DNA from: an uncultured Candidatus Saccharibacteria bacterium
GTDB taxonomy: Bacteria; Patescibacteriota; Saccharimonadia; Saccharimonadales; CAIOMD01
Reading direction: 5' to 3'
NCBI GenBank assembly: GCA_903859365.1
Contig: CAIOMD010000001.1
Location: 1 to 55,050, forward strand
DNA length: 55,050 bases
Part shown: one piece after another, positions 37,230 through 49,959 of the stretch
Position numbering within the stretch: position 1 is the first letter of the stretch
Layout: every line of letters starts with the position of its first letter
Translations under genes and position numbers: made by a program
Notes under the pieces: generated by a model
The model's input: the letters and a program-made list of their open reading frames with translations, nothing else
What the model was told of the DNA's origin: nothing
Databases searched by the model: none

Positions 37230-38027
37230 TTATTCTATATATGAATCGTATTGATGGCGATTTTGTGCTTGATCCTGAACAGCAGTAATAGCTTCTATAT
37301 GATTCGCAAGAACTGGATGCGGTATATGATATGTCTTTCCGATAGTTATCGGCTCCACTGAAACTTTAGAAAGTTGCATTAATTCACGCTCTTCTTCAAA
37401 TGCATCAAGTAGCTGGTTCGCATGTCGTGATCCTATTGTCATTCCATCACCACTCTGCCCATATTTTAAGAAAGTCATGTGCATATTTCGAGGATCGCTT
37501 ACAATCTGGAATAGACCTTCTTTAGCAAGCTGCTGGGCAATAATACTATACTGTCTTTCAAGTATTTCCTTTTCTTCCGTATCAGCAAATTCAAAAACTA
37601 CATTTCTCCGATCTTTCTTCATTTCTGGCGTAATCCCTAACCATGCAATTCTACCTATCTCAAGAGTCAGCGGATTTTCAACAAAATGTTCTTCGAGCGC
37701 GGTCACCATCCTATGCATTTCAAACCCATTTTGTAGCGCTGAAGCTAACTTAGTTTTAATAACTTTCACAGGTGCAATAGTAATGCCATGCCCGTCCTCA
37801 AGTATTCTTAGAGGGGCAGAAACCGGACGCATTTCCGATAACAAGTCTTCACCCGTTATGCATGCTCTAAGTGCAAAATCTCCCAGGCAGGCTTCAGTCT
37901 CCTCTGTTGCTGGACGATAGATACCAAATCGATTTTCGTATGCTTTTGATGCCATTCTTTTCTGCCTCTTATTTGCATCGAGGGAACCTCGAATATTCGG
38001 CCCACCCACAGCCGAGAAACGTTTCAT
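37230..38027 (-). CDS. Hypothetical cytoplasmic protein
   Basis: 265 aa ORF with GAGG RBS and an upstream TTGACA promoter-like site; single HxT motif (HMTF). Confidence 0.65.
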   Translation of the reverse strand: MKRFSAVGGPNIRGSLDANKRQKRMASKAYENRFGIYRPATEETEACLGDFALRACITGEDLLSEMRPVSAPLRILEDGHGITIAPVKVIKTKLASALQNGFEMHRMVTALEEHFVENPLTLEIGRIAWLGITPEMKKDRRNVVFEFADTEEKEILERQYSIIAQQLAKEGLFQIVSDPRNMHMTFLKYGQSGDGMTIGSRHANQLLDAFEEERELMQLSKVSVEPITIGKTYHIPHPVLANHIEAITAVQDQAQNRHQYDSYIE

Positions 38028-38111
38028 ATTTTTCCTCTCTTTATTTTTTTAATAACTTTTTCAAAAACTTGATAAATTCACATTACACCCCACCAAGACT
38101 AATTGTCAAAC

Positions 38112-39554
38112 TTACAAGTCGTATGGGATTATGCTCTGGGCATAAAGAGAAAGCTCTTCCAAAAGATATTGTTGATGCTGAGTTAATCCATTATTCTTTA
38201 AAGCTGCTTCGATTTGCTTGCCATATGAAGCAATCCGACTCATGTCGCCTCCACCTAGGAGTCGTTGACTAATATATTCATTCCAGGTGGTTTGTTCTTC
38301 GTGTGAGAGACTTTTTGGAAATTGACGTGCTTTATATAGAAGTACTAATTTCTGTAATCGATCGTCGTTAAATTCAGGGTGAAAATCTGCAATTGTGTTT
38401 GCATCACGATTACGTACATCTTTCATAAGATGCTTATCGTGATCGCCTACGAATCCTTGATAAAGCATTCCATCCACTTCTTGGTATGACACCTCCAGTG
38501 ATATCTGAAAGGGCTTTTCGTTCAGGGAGTACGCTTCAGAAAGTTCTATTAAAAATCCTTTTTCCTTTTCCAGTATTTTTAAATGTTTCTCACATTTTTT
38601 TATATCAAGAGAAAGTCGATTACTATCAGCTTCACGCATTACACTTATGGGTGCGACAGCTGGACATTTATTTAATTGAATTTGATACGCTGGAAAACGC
38701 TCCTCGCTATCCTTTAGCACTCTGTATGTCATTTTTTCAGCAAGATCTTTTGCCTTTAGTTTAAGGAACGGAGTCGGATCAACATTTAAATCATATACAA
38801 CAATGTTACCCGGTCGATTAGGGTGCTCGAACAAAGTGTACGCAATAGTTGTTTTCTCAGTTTTAGAAGATAAAGAGCCGGAAGTGTAGATATAGGGGGC
38901 CCCTGATCGTATTATTTTTTCGGCTTCTTTTTTATCCCTAATGCTTAGTAGAAACTCAAAAAGCTTTGGTTGTTTGTTATGAATTAATTTTGCGATTGCG
39001 ATTGTTGCTTTAACATCACTGAGCGCATCATGAGCTTTTTCATGTAGCAGTTTATTTATACTTGTTAAAAGCTCTAAGCGATTAGAGGATTTACCGTCAG
39101 GGCCAACTGGCCATTTAATTCCTTCAGGTCTAAGGGCGCGGCACATACGAACTAAGTCAAGAATATCCCACTTACTTCGACCATCAAACCATTGCCATTC
39201 ATATGCATCATAAAAATTTCTATAGTTTGTAAATCTAATAAATTCATCGTCAAATCGTATTGAGTTGAATCCAACAAAAATAGTACCAGGAGTTGCAATC
39301 GTTTTATGGAAATATTCTAGAAATTCTTTTTCTTTTATTCCTTCTAGTAAAGTTTTTTGAGGAGTTATACCGGTAATTAAAATTGCTGAAGGACTTGGCA
39401 AAACATCAGCAGTTATTTTAATTAAAATATCGTCCGGCTCTCCAAGTGGTTCCAGATTAAGATCTGTTCTTTGCCCAGCAAATTGCATTATTCTTGCTGT
39501 TTTGGGATCGAGGTCTGATGTTTCAAGATCATAAAAATAAAATGATTGTGCCAT
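38112..39554 (-). CDS. sbcB: Exodeoxyribonuclease I
   Basis: FYDLET, QFAG.RTD, GFNSIRFDDE, ALRPEGI.WP, AHDALSDV.AT. Confidence 0.93.
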   Translation of the reverse strand: MAQSFYFYDLETSDLDPKTARIMQFAGQRTDLNLEPLGEPDDILIKITADVLPSPSAILITGITPQKTLLEGIKEKEFLEYFHKTIATPGTIFVGFNSIRFDDEFIRFTNYRNFYDAYEWQWFDGRSKWDILDLVRMCRALRPEGIKWPVGPDGKSSNRLELLTSINKLLHEKAHDALSDVKATIAIAKLIHNKQPKLFEFLLSIRDKKEAEKIIRSGAPYIYTSGSLSSKTEKTTIAYTLFEHPNRPGNIVVYDLNVDPTPFLKLKAKDLAEKMTYRVLKDSEERFPAYQIQLNKCPAVAPISVMREADSNRLSLDIKKCEKHLKILEKEKGFLIELSEAYSLNEKPFQISLEVSYQEVDGMLYQGFVGDHDKHLMKDVRNRDANTIADFHPEFNDDRLQKLVLLYKARQFPKSLSHEEQTTWNEYISQRLLGGGDMSRIASYGKQIEAALKNNGLTQHQQYLLEELSLYAQSIIPYDL

Positions 39555-39572
39555 CTGTAATATCTTCCTACG

Positions 39573-42210
<2,638 letters not shown>

Positions 42211-42249
42211 TCATTATAGGTGCCAGAGAGATAATCAGCAACTAATCTG

Positions 42250-43197
42250 TTAACGACCAAATTTTCGGGCAAATGTCATTGCCTTGTATTTAGTGGGTTT
42301 AATAGCCTTTTCCCATGTTCCAGAAAATGCAATATCCATTCCACCGAAGGAACGCTTAAAGACACTAAAGCCTGCCCATTTATGATTTGCATCATCAAGC
42401 GGAGCTATTCCAAAAAAATCGAAACAAGTAAGTCCTTTTTCAATTGCGTCTTTAATCAAAAAAACTACGAGTGGGGCATTGGCCCCGAATTTACGAGCTT
42501 TGTCAAAAGCCCCAGTGTACATGTAGTACCTTGTTTGCGCATCAAAATCATCAAGAAACAAGACACCAACAAGAGATTCATTTGCTTGTTTTGCGTAGGC
42601 TATACCAGCAACTTTGGATGGACCTAATTCTTCAAGCATTTTTTTAAAATATTCACCATTTCTAAACTGCGCCTTTGTTCTATCTGAAGTTGCTCCCATC
42701 ATTTTAATAAAATCATCAAGATCTTTTTCTTCATAAGAAATTGTGAAAGTTATACCGTCACGCTCAACCCTGTTCCACCTGTACCGACTGGAACGATGAA
42801 TACCACTCTTTACTGTTTCAAATCCTGGCGCTAAATCAAGCATCCAAGTTAAAGCGGGTTGAAAGGATTTTGACATTTTATGGTAATCAGCTATCTGCGT
42901 GAGAGCTAATTGGTTCGTTGCTAGCGGTTCTACTCGCACATAATCAATATTATTTTTAGTAGCAAGTTCCTCGAGATCTCTTAGTGCTTCATGTAGGGCT
43001 TGATTTGAGTCATATGAGGGCCCGTAAGGGGTATATAGTCGAGTGAAATGCCGCCCTATTTTTCCATCCCCTTGCTCTAAAATTGCAAGATACCTCCAGC
43101 CCTCACCCTGTCTTTCAAATACTTTTTTTCCTAATTTTTGCTGAAAAAGAGCCCATTCGTGACTTTGGAGAAAATGTCGTTTAGTGAGAGTAATCAT
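42250..43197 (-). CDS. FemAB/FemX family lipid II aminoacyltransferase
   Basis: HFLQS.EW, PYGP, RVEP, FDFFGI, GFSVFKRSFGG; probable start MITLT. Confidence 0.88.
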   Translation of the reverse strand: MITLTKRHFLQSHEWALFQQKLGKKVFERQGEGWRYLAILEQGDGKIGRHFTRLYTPYGPSYDSNQALHEALRDLEELATKNNIDYVRVEPLATNQLALTQIADYHKMSKSFQPALTWMLDLAPGFETVKSGIHRSSRYRWNRVERDGITFTISYEEKDLDDFIKMMGATSDRTKAQFRNGEYFKKMLEELGPSKVAGIAYAKQANESLVGVLFLDDFDAQTRYYMYTGAFDKARKFGANAPLVVFLIKDAIEKGLTCFDFFGIAPLDDANHKWAGFSVFKRSFGGMDIAFSGTWEKAIKPTKYKAMTFARKFGR

Positions 43198-43228
43198 AGT
43201 TATGTCTAGTGTAGCAGAAAGAATTATT

Positions 43229-44368
43229 CTAGCGGTAAATATAACTAGGGTAGGAACTGGTTGACGTAACACGCCAGTCTACAACATCCCATCCGCCACC
43301 TGGTTTCGTGAGTTCTCGATCAAGATAGCCATAGGCATTCATTTCGGAAATAAGCATCGTGCCATTTGGATATACGGCTTCAACAATTCCAACATGCCCG
43401 TCATACCCTACAGTAGTTTGGAAGATTGATCCTGCTACTGGAGTTGAACTCACCGTCCAGCCACTATAACGCGCATAATAGGCCCACGTATTTGCATTTC
43501 CCCAGTTACGAGGGATACTAATTTGAGAGGCAACATACCACGTACAGTAACCAAACGTATATCCATTATCACCGTACTGGGGCAAGAATCCATAAGCAAA
43601 ATTACTCACTGAATCTGTTACTACCGGAACTGTGCCATCTGGCACAAAAATAGTCTGCCCCGTAACTAAGGATTTAATCTCTAAATTATTGAAAGCGATA
43701 ATTTGACTTTGATCGGCGCTAAATTTGGATGCAATCGAAGCTAGCGTATCGCCATTCACAACTTTATAAATAACTCCATTGCGTGGTGGTATTAAAAGTG
43801 AAGTACCGGTGCTTAAAGTGTCAGAATAAAGGCTATTTGACCACTTGATAGTGTTGGAGGTAATGCCAAATTTAATAGCAAGCGATGAGACAGAATCTCC
43901 TTCAACAGTAACGTAAGTTCTAATTGCTGTTATAGAGTCTGCCCCACCATTAACAAACTGCGGTTTTGTAATGATACTTTGGCTTGTAGTCGCTGATCCA
44001 ATTTGAGCATCCTGAGAGTCTGCTAAATTTGATACGTCAACGGATTCAGGAAGGCGTGTTAGATTAGCTATATTTGATGCTATATCAGCTGAGGATATGC
44101 TATCAATAGGAGTAGAGCTTGTTATAGTTGAATTGTTAAAAATAGACAAGGTTGCACCACTTGATTGATAATTTTTTCCGATAGAAATAATTCCAAGAAC
44201 TGCAACAATCAATAACCCATTCACAATTGAAAAACTATTTTTATAAAGTTTTTTCTTCAGTTTCTTTAACTTCTTTTTTCTAAGAAGTTTTTTTTCATTA
44301 CCAACATCATCGAGTAACTCATTGGTAAGTTCATCAAGACTTGGCTTTTTAAAAATAATATTAGTCAC
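43229..44368 (-). CDS. LysM x2 + CHAP peptidoglycan hydrolase
   Basis: YVTVEGDSV and YKVVNGDTL LysM repeats; GYCTWY, WGNA..W, GHVG.VE, SEMN. Confidence 0.9.
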   Translation of the reverse strand: MTNIIFKKPSLDELTNELLDDVGNEKKLLRKKKLKKLKKKLYKNSFSIVNGLLIVAVLGIISIGKNYQSSGATLSIFNNSTITSSTPIDSISSADIASNIANLTRLPESVDVSNLADSQDAQIGSATTSQSIITKPQFVNGGADSITAIRTYVTVEGDSVSSLAIKFGITSNTIKWSNSLYSDTLSTGTSLLIPPRNGVIYKVVNGDTLASIASKFSADQSQIIAFNNLEIKSLVTGQTIFVPDGTVPVVTDSVSNFAYGFLPQYGDNGYTFGYCTWYVASQISIPRNWGNANTWAYYARYSGWTVSSTPVAGSIFQTTVGYDGHVGIVEAVYPNGTMLISEMNAYGYLDRELTKPGGGWDVVDWRVTSTSSYPSYIYR

Positions 44369-44496
44369 TTTACGGATAGTAGCTCCTGGCGATTCAATGT
44401 TTAATTACAATGGGCAGATAGAATATTGAGATCGTGCCTTTAATTATATCTTTTTAACACTTTATTCGTCAAACTATTACTACTTACTTTCATCTG

Positions 44497-45552
44497 TTAG
44501 TAGGTGCTGCACAGCACCTTGCAATAAGCCTGAGTATTGGCATCTTGTTGGGCCTGTGTATTAGCGTAATGAATTGAGCCGTCATCACCTGCCACAAAGA
44601 ACAGATAATTATTCTTTATCGGGTAAGCGACAGCATTCAAGGATGAACGAGAAACGTTGCTTATCGGCCCCGGTGGAAGCCCAGCATAGCGTCGGGTGTT
44701 ATACGGTGAATCTAATGATGGTGACGGTGCCTGGCCCGTCACAATAGCAGCATATTGATAGGTGACATCCGATCCAAGCATCATGCCAATTTTTAAACGA
44801 TTAAGAAATACTTGGGCAACCATTTGCCTGTCGTGGTCATTTGAAACTTCATGTTCGACTATGGAGGCAAGCGTTATGGCCTGAAAGGTATTCAGACCCT
44901 CACCTTGATAAGCATTTATCATTTCTGGTGTCACTATTTTACCCATTTCATCTAAAGATTCCTTCACGATATTCGTTGGAGTTGTAGAGGATGATGTTCT
45001 GAAGGTGTCTGGGTACAAATACCCTTCAAGTGTTGCACCTGCTGGTTTTGAATTTAGTATCGCTTCGTTAGGGTAACTAGTGGGATCAAGTGCTTTGTCT
45101 ACTGCGGCCCTTGAATAGCCCGCATCAAGAAATGCCGTTTTTATTTGATCTAATCTTTGTGCCGGTAAAATTGTAAAGCTGTGAGCATTTATCTTACCAT
45201 CGGTAATAATTCCTATTGTTTGAATAATTGAAGCTGAGGAGTCAAGCGTATACGAGCCTGCCTGAAGATTGGCTCTTAAATTATGGATTCTTAAGTAAAT
45301 ACTAAAGGCAAAGGCGCTTCTTATTACTTTTTTGTCCTGCAGTAATTGAGCTATTTGATCAGCGGTTGATCCAGTTTGTATAGTGACACTAATGGCATTA
45401 GATTTAACTGTTAAGGGACTGAGCTCATTTTCATACCATACATATGAACCAAGAGCGAATACAATCGGAATGGAAAGTGAGAGCGCTACTACAATTAATT
45501 TTTTAAGTTTCGTCTTTTTTTTCTTAGCGCCTGAAGTACTTGAATATCTCAT
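44497..45552 (-). CDS. mltG: Endolytic transglycosylase MltG
   Basis: LEGYLYPDT, LASIVEHE, SPYNTRRYAGLPPGPISN, YLFFVA. Confidence 0.93.
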   Translation of the reverse strand: MRYSSTSGAKKKKTKLKKLIVVALSLSIPIVFALGSYVWYENELSPLTVKSNAISVTIQTGSTADQIAQLLQDKKVIRSAFAFSIYLRIHNLRANLQAGSYTLDSSASIIQTIGIITDGKINAHSFTILPAQRLDQIKTAFLDAGYSRAAVDKALDPTSYPNEAILNSKPAGATLEGYLYPDTFRTSSSTTPTNIVKESLDEMGKIVTPEMINAYQGEGLNTFQAITLASIVEHEVSNDHDRQMVAQVFLNRLKIGMMLGSDVTYQYAAIVTGQAPSPSLDSPYNTRRYAGLPPGPISNVSRSSLNAVAYPIKNNYLFFVAGDDGSIHYANTQAQQDANTQAYCKVLCSTY

Positions 45553-45944
45553 AGTTCCTCCAGATAATCTTCAAGAATTATGACTGCAGCCATTGCATCA
45601 ATGTCCGTCTTCTTATAACCCCTAAAAAGACGTTCTTCTGCAGCCTTAGAACTTAAAGTTTCATCTTGAAAAATGATAGGAAGATTTAATGATGATAAAT
45701 GATTGCCGACATAATCTCTTACATATTTCGTTTGCGCTGTTTCAGCACCACTCATATTACGGGGCAGGCCTATGACTAAGGCATCTATATTTTCAGCTTT
45801 TATAATTTTAGTAATTTCAGAAATAAAATTATTATCATTTTTAAGCGTTGCAACAGGCTGGGGAATTCTGGCAATCATATTGACGCGAGCAACACCAGTC
45901 TTACTCCCACCAATATCTAATCCAAGTACATTATTAGTTGCCAT
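45549..45944 (-). CDS. ruvX: Putative pre-16S rRNA nuclease / Holliday junction resolvase RuvX (YqgF)
   Basis: LGLDIG...GVA, VIGLP, QDETLSS, IDAMAA.IIL. Confidence 0.9.
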   Translation of the reverse strand: MATNNVLGLDIGGSKTGVARVNMIARIPQPVATLKNDNNFISEITKIIKAENIDALVIGLPRNMSGAETAQTKYVRDYVGNHLSSLNLPIIFQDETLSSKAAEERLFRGYKKTDIDAMAAVIILEDYLEEL

Positions 45945-47637
45945 TATTAACAAAGCTAACATTAATCTGTTTAAGGTTTTTGGGTGCGGTAGTTACATAA
46001 AAAGGACTGTAGCTAACCGTTACTGCAGTTACTCCAGGGAGTGCTTGGATGTAATTTTGAGCATCGCCTTTTTTCATTCCTTCAATTCTTTGGGCGATTG
46101 CCTGAGAGTTTTGTTTAATTCCCGTTGTCGCAGTTGAGCTCAGGTTGAACACTATAGTCCCGCTCGCTGGCTGCTCTTTAATTGTTTCCGTAGCACTCTC
46201 TATGCCAGTTGTAAGTACACTCTGCGTGCTTGCTAGGTTTTTTCCAGCAAGCATAGTAATAATCTGAGTCAAGCCATCCGTACTCGCGCCTGTCATTACT
46301 GAACTATATACTATCGTGGCTGTTGCTGTTGATCCCTGCTCCCCTACTGCTGGAGAGCAACTTACTGCACCAGGATTAGCCGCAAATGAATCGAGAAGTG
46401 GCGTAAAGCCTTCTTTATTTAGTTGATTTTGAAGCTGCGTTTTGTAAGTATCAGTCGAGCCATTTAAAATTTCATTACCTGCATTAGTACAGTCATCTTG
46501 GCTTACTATTGTTACTATTTGATCGGTACCTCCGCCCATATCAGATCCATTACCAACGACAGAGCCATAGCCTTTAACTGAATAACTATAATTAGTTGTT
46601 GCAGCAAGGTTATAGGAAGCGCCTCCATTTTGAGCGATAACATTTACTGAAGCTTTTTGATCATATTGACAATTACTGCCATCAAAATTAACTGTACTTG
46701 GCTTAACTGTTACGATAGCTGTAGTTACGAAATTGAAACCTCGCTCGGAAATAACTGTACCCGCAGGAATAGATACTGTGTTGTTATAAAATTTATCTTC
46801 AGGACTACAATCGTAAAGTGCTACCGTTCCTGTTGCTTTTTTTCCTTGGTTTTGATTTCCTGTTGGAGTAAAGGTTTTAATGGCATTGGTTTCAATGGTA
46901 TCAAGCTTACCAGGGACAATCATCTTATCGACGTCAACTGAAGTTTGCTTAACATCTGTAGTGACAACGGTATTTATAACGTTACTCACATTTTGAGTGG
47001 TTATTTTTATCGACACTTTTGGCAGTATGTAGGTCATAATATACCATCCGCCGATAAGTACTATTACTATCGTTGGTATTAGAAAAAGTTTTAGGCGAAA
47101 TGAATCAAAGTTTGGAACTTTATTTTTTTTATTTAGTTTTTCTTTTTTGTTTGGCTTAGTCTCTTCTTCATCATTTTCTTCATCCTTAAACGGCTCATCA
47201 TCCGATCCAAGTGTTATAACATCATCAGATAGTTCGCCTATAGATTTAGATTTATCAACTTCTACGTAATCTTCGTCATCACTAGAATCACCTTCATCAA
47301 TTTCATCGTCATTTTCACCTTCATCATCCAAGTCTTCAATTTGTTTACGTGCAGCTTGAGGCGTAGGAACACTTGGTCGCGCATCCAGGGATTCTGCAAC
47401 CATAACCCCCGCAGCTCCAGCAACCGCCATCAAAGATTGTTCGTTCGATACAAGAACTATGTTTTTTTTGGCACTTTTTGCAGCACGATTAAGAATCTTC
47501 ATATTAATTGTACTTTGTAAAACAGTGCACCGTTTTGGCAACACTAGAGCAATGACTGAGCTTTCAGAAGACTGAACTTTATCAGTTATTGAAGTTATTT
47601 CATCATCGTTGTCTATATAAATTATATCTTTTTTCAT
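45934..47637 (-). CDS. Bitopic membrane protein with cytoplasmic N-domain, acidic linker and baseplate J-like extracellular region
   Basis: N-domain IYIDNDDEIT...LVLPKR...LQS.INMK; D/E-rich linker; single TM helix; KATGTV...IPAGT...V.A...GASYN pattern. Confidence 0.7.
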   Translation of the reverse strand: MKKDIIYIDNDDEITSITDKVQSSESSVIALVLPKRCTVLQSTINMKILNRAAKSAKKNIVLVSNEQSLMAVAGAAGVMVAESLDARPSVPTPQAARKQIEDLDDEGENDDEIDEGDSSDDEDYVEVDKSKSIGELSDDVITLGSDDEPFKDEENDEEETKPNKKEKLNKKNKVPNFDSFRLKLFLIPTIVIVLIGGWYIMTYILPKVSIKITTQNVSNVINTVVTTDVKQTSVDVDKMIVPGKLDTIETNAIKTFTPTGNQNQGKKATGTVALYDCSPEDKFYNNTVSIPAGTVISERGFNFVTTAIVTVKPSTVNFDGSNCQYDQKASVNVIAQNGGASYNLAATTNYSYSVKGYGSVVGNGSDMGGGTDQIVTIVSQDDCTNAGNEILNGSTDTYKTQLQNQLNKEGFTPLLDSFAANPGAVSCSPAVGEQGSTATATIVYSSVMTGASTDGLTQIITMLAGKNLASTQSVLTTGIESATETIKEQPASGTIVFNLSSTATTGIKQNSQAIAQRIEGMKKGDAQNYIQALPGVTAVTVSYSPFYVTTAPKNLKQINVSFVNNGN

Positions 47638-48920
47638 ATCTTTAGCATCCTGTTCAAACGATCTCGAACAGATTTCGAAGAACTCTCATATTGTATCAAG
47701 CTATCCATCCCGACGCGAAGTAATCCCATTGCCGTTATAAAGGTATGATCTTCAATTATTCCGGTTGCATCACTAATGCCTATTACCTGTTCTGGATTTA
47801 TAAGTTGCACTTGAGGCTTTTTAGTGAAAGGAAGCTCGCTATACCAGTCCTTTCTATTAAGTGCATCAACTATCATTTCTAGCCCAGCCCCACCGCCACA
47901 TAGCAGAATTCTGTGCGGTAAATGATCCAGTTTAGGAAATTCTTCTAAACCCAGTTCAACACCATTAAGCCAAACAGTTAGTGTTTTTCGTAGGGCATCT
48001 TCAACAGATTTTCGTCTTGGCTCGGGTGTTCGATCATTACTAAGTCCAAGTTTTAGAGATTCAGCCCTTTCAAAGTCAGTGCCAAGTTCTTTCTCTACAG
48101 ACTTGGTATAGCTTCGGCCTCCTATACCAAACATTTTAGTTCCTTCAACGCCACCTTCATTGACAACAGCAATATCTGTTGTACCGCCACCAATATCTAT
48201 TAATATCGCACTCAAATTTGCGTTAGGATCATCCCCTATAACAGCTCTTGCAACAGCAAAAGGTTCAGCTGCAACAGTAAGCAAGTCAAGGTCAAGCTGA
48301 TGGGCAACTCGTTCTATTGCTCCAAAATGAACTTGCGGCGCAAATGCAGTATAGAGCTGTACACTCACTTCTTTGCCCTGAAAACCAATTGGATTTGTCA
48401 CACTATAGCCATCTATTTCAATTGATATAAGCGCACTGTTCACGAGTTTGATGCCTATTTCCTTACCACCTGTGTCTACCGATAATTCTTTTTTTGCCTG
48501 CTCAAGAGCACGTTCCTGCACATGCATAAATATTGAATCAACTTCAGTCACGTCAATTTCCTTATTCGGATTCTTTCTAGAAAATTTAACAGTTGTCGTG
48601 TTACCCCGCACCAGTTCACCTGCGATACCAACAACCGCACTACGCGCACTTACCCCTGCTTGTTTTTCTGCTTGATTGAGGGCAATGTCACAATTAGCAA
48701 CAACTCCAGCAATGTCAGCTATAGCACCCGCTTGCATATCATGAAGAGTTTGATGAGCTCTGCCTACGCCAAGTATTTCAATGCCGTTATCTTCAGTAAT
48801 TCTAGCAATAAGTGCTTTCACGAATTCAGTGCCTATATCCAAAGAAACTAGAAACTGATCACCTGCATCTTTTTTGGATGTTCTAGCTGTTTTTTTCAAT
48901 CGTTTTATTTTACCAAGCAT
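47634..48920 (-). CDS. FtsA-like actin-fold ATPase
   Basis: SLDIGTEFVK, AEPFA, IDIGGGTTD, GG..YT, AESLK, LCGGGA; no ftsZ adjacent. Confidence 0.8.
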   Translation of the reverse strand: MLGKIKRLKKTARTSKKDAGDQFLVSLDIGTEFVKALIARITEDNGIEILGVGRAHQTLHDMQAGAIADIAGVVANCDIALNQAEKQAGVSARSAVVGIAGELVRGNTTTVKFSRKNPNKEIDVTEVDSIFMHVQERALEQAKKELSVDTGGKEIGIKLVNSALISIEIDGYSVTNPIGFQGKEVSVQLYTAFAPQVHFGAIERVAHQLDLDLLTVAAEPFAVARAVIGDDPNANLSAILIDIGGGTTDIAVVNEGGVEGTKMFGIGGRSYTKSVEKELGTDFERAESLKLGLSNDRTPEPRRKSVEDALRKTLTVWLNGVELGLEEFPKLDHLPHRILLCGGGAGLEMIVDALNRKDWYSELPFTKKPQVQLINPEQVIGISDATGIIEDHTFITAMGLLRVGMDSLIQYESSSKSVRDRLNRMLKI

Positions 48921-48967
48921 ATAGTATTTATTTTACCATAAGCAGAGATTTACAACAGATAAGATTA

Positions 48968-48996
48968 TTGACTATTTTGCATAAAAGTTGTACTAT
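48968..48996 (+). promoter_or_regulatory. Sigma70 promoter TTGACT-17-TACTAT, 7 nt before ATG 49004 (leaderless-type)
   Basis: Direct motif reading. Confidence 0.55.
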
Positions 48997-49003
48997 ATAT
49001 TTT

Positions 49004-49957
49004 ATGTCTGAATCAAAAAAACCAAGTGATCTTCCTGAAGAATTTTATGATCAAAATTTTTTTGATACATTAAATAACTCTGTTGATATTCTTGAAACGC
49101 TTGCTTACGATGAAGAATTTTACGAGTTCATGTTAAAAAATTGGGTTACACGTGATCACATTTTCAGATCATCAGGTTTTCGTATAAATGAACATTTTAT
49201 ACCAAAAGAGATAGCTGACTTCATCTATCTTCCTTCAGTTTCTGATCTAACTAATATAAGTGCTAACGTTTTCGAATATAGAAATCTCGAAAATCCTGAT
49301 GATATTGATTGGCTTGTAACTGTGCAATTTAATTTAAATGATTGCACTTTCGTAATGTCATCAGATAAAAACAGTACTTTGATAGTTGCAAATAATGACT
49401 ATGGTAAAGATTTGGAATTTGAATTTGAATCCGAATTTGCAAGAACAGTACTTTTAGGCATGCTTGAATCCCAGGAAGATTTATCATCTTGGAAATTACA
49501 AGAAATTCATGAAGAATTAGCTTTTAGTAACTATACTGAGCCTGAAGCCATAGCAAGAGTAATGAAATATTTGTCAGACTTTACTGGTAAAGGCACTAAA
49601 AAAATGACCACAGGAGTGATTTCTCGAACCGGAGAAAAAAGTATTGTAGCCCAACGAACGGGAATTAATACTCCGTCGGGAAACAGAATAGCTGTCACAC
49701 TACACACTACTCAAACAAATGAACTCCAAAAAGATTCTGCTTTTGAATTTATGAGCGCCGTTCATGCAACAGGAAGAAATGTAGGTTCTGTAGAAATAGC
49801 AGCAAGAAGAGATTTGTCCACAAGTATTCATGATCTTGAAGTAGATATTCTAAGTAGTTCGAACGAAACAACTCTGATAGACAAAAATAGTGACATCAGC
49901 GCTTACTCAGATGCAATGATTGCAATTGCTTCAGCAATTGCTCAGAACATTAGATAA
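49004..49957 (+). CDS. Hypothetical acidic cytoplasmic protein
   Basis: Long ORF; start reassigned to MSESKK because the promoter overlaps the TTG start in the ORF track. Confidence 0.65.
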   Translation: MSESKKPSDLPEEFYDQNFFDTLNNSVDILETLAYDEEFYEFMLKNWVTRDHIFRSSGFRINEHFIPKEIADFIYLPSVSDLTNISANVFEYRNLENPDDIDWLVTVQFNLNDCTFVMSSDKNSTLIVANNDYGKDLEFEFESEFARTVLLGMLESQEDLSSWKLQEIHEELAFSNYTEPEAIARVMKYLSDFTGKGTKKMTTGVISRTGEKSIVAQRTGINTPSGNRIAVTLHTTQTNELQKDSAFEFMSAVHATGRNVGSVEIAARRDLSTSIHDLEVDILSSSNETTLIDKNSDISAYSDAMIAIASAIAQNIR

Positions 49958-49959
49958 GA

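Noticed and set aside
37477-38272. + strand ORFs of 147 and 133 aa
   Set aside because: Antisense to the 265 aa ORF and sbcB; Ser/Leu-rich shadow composition
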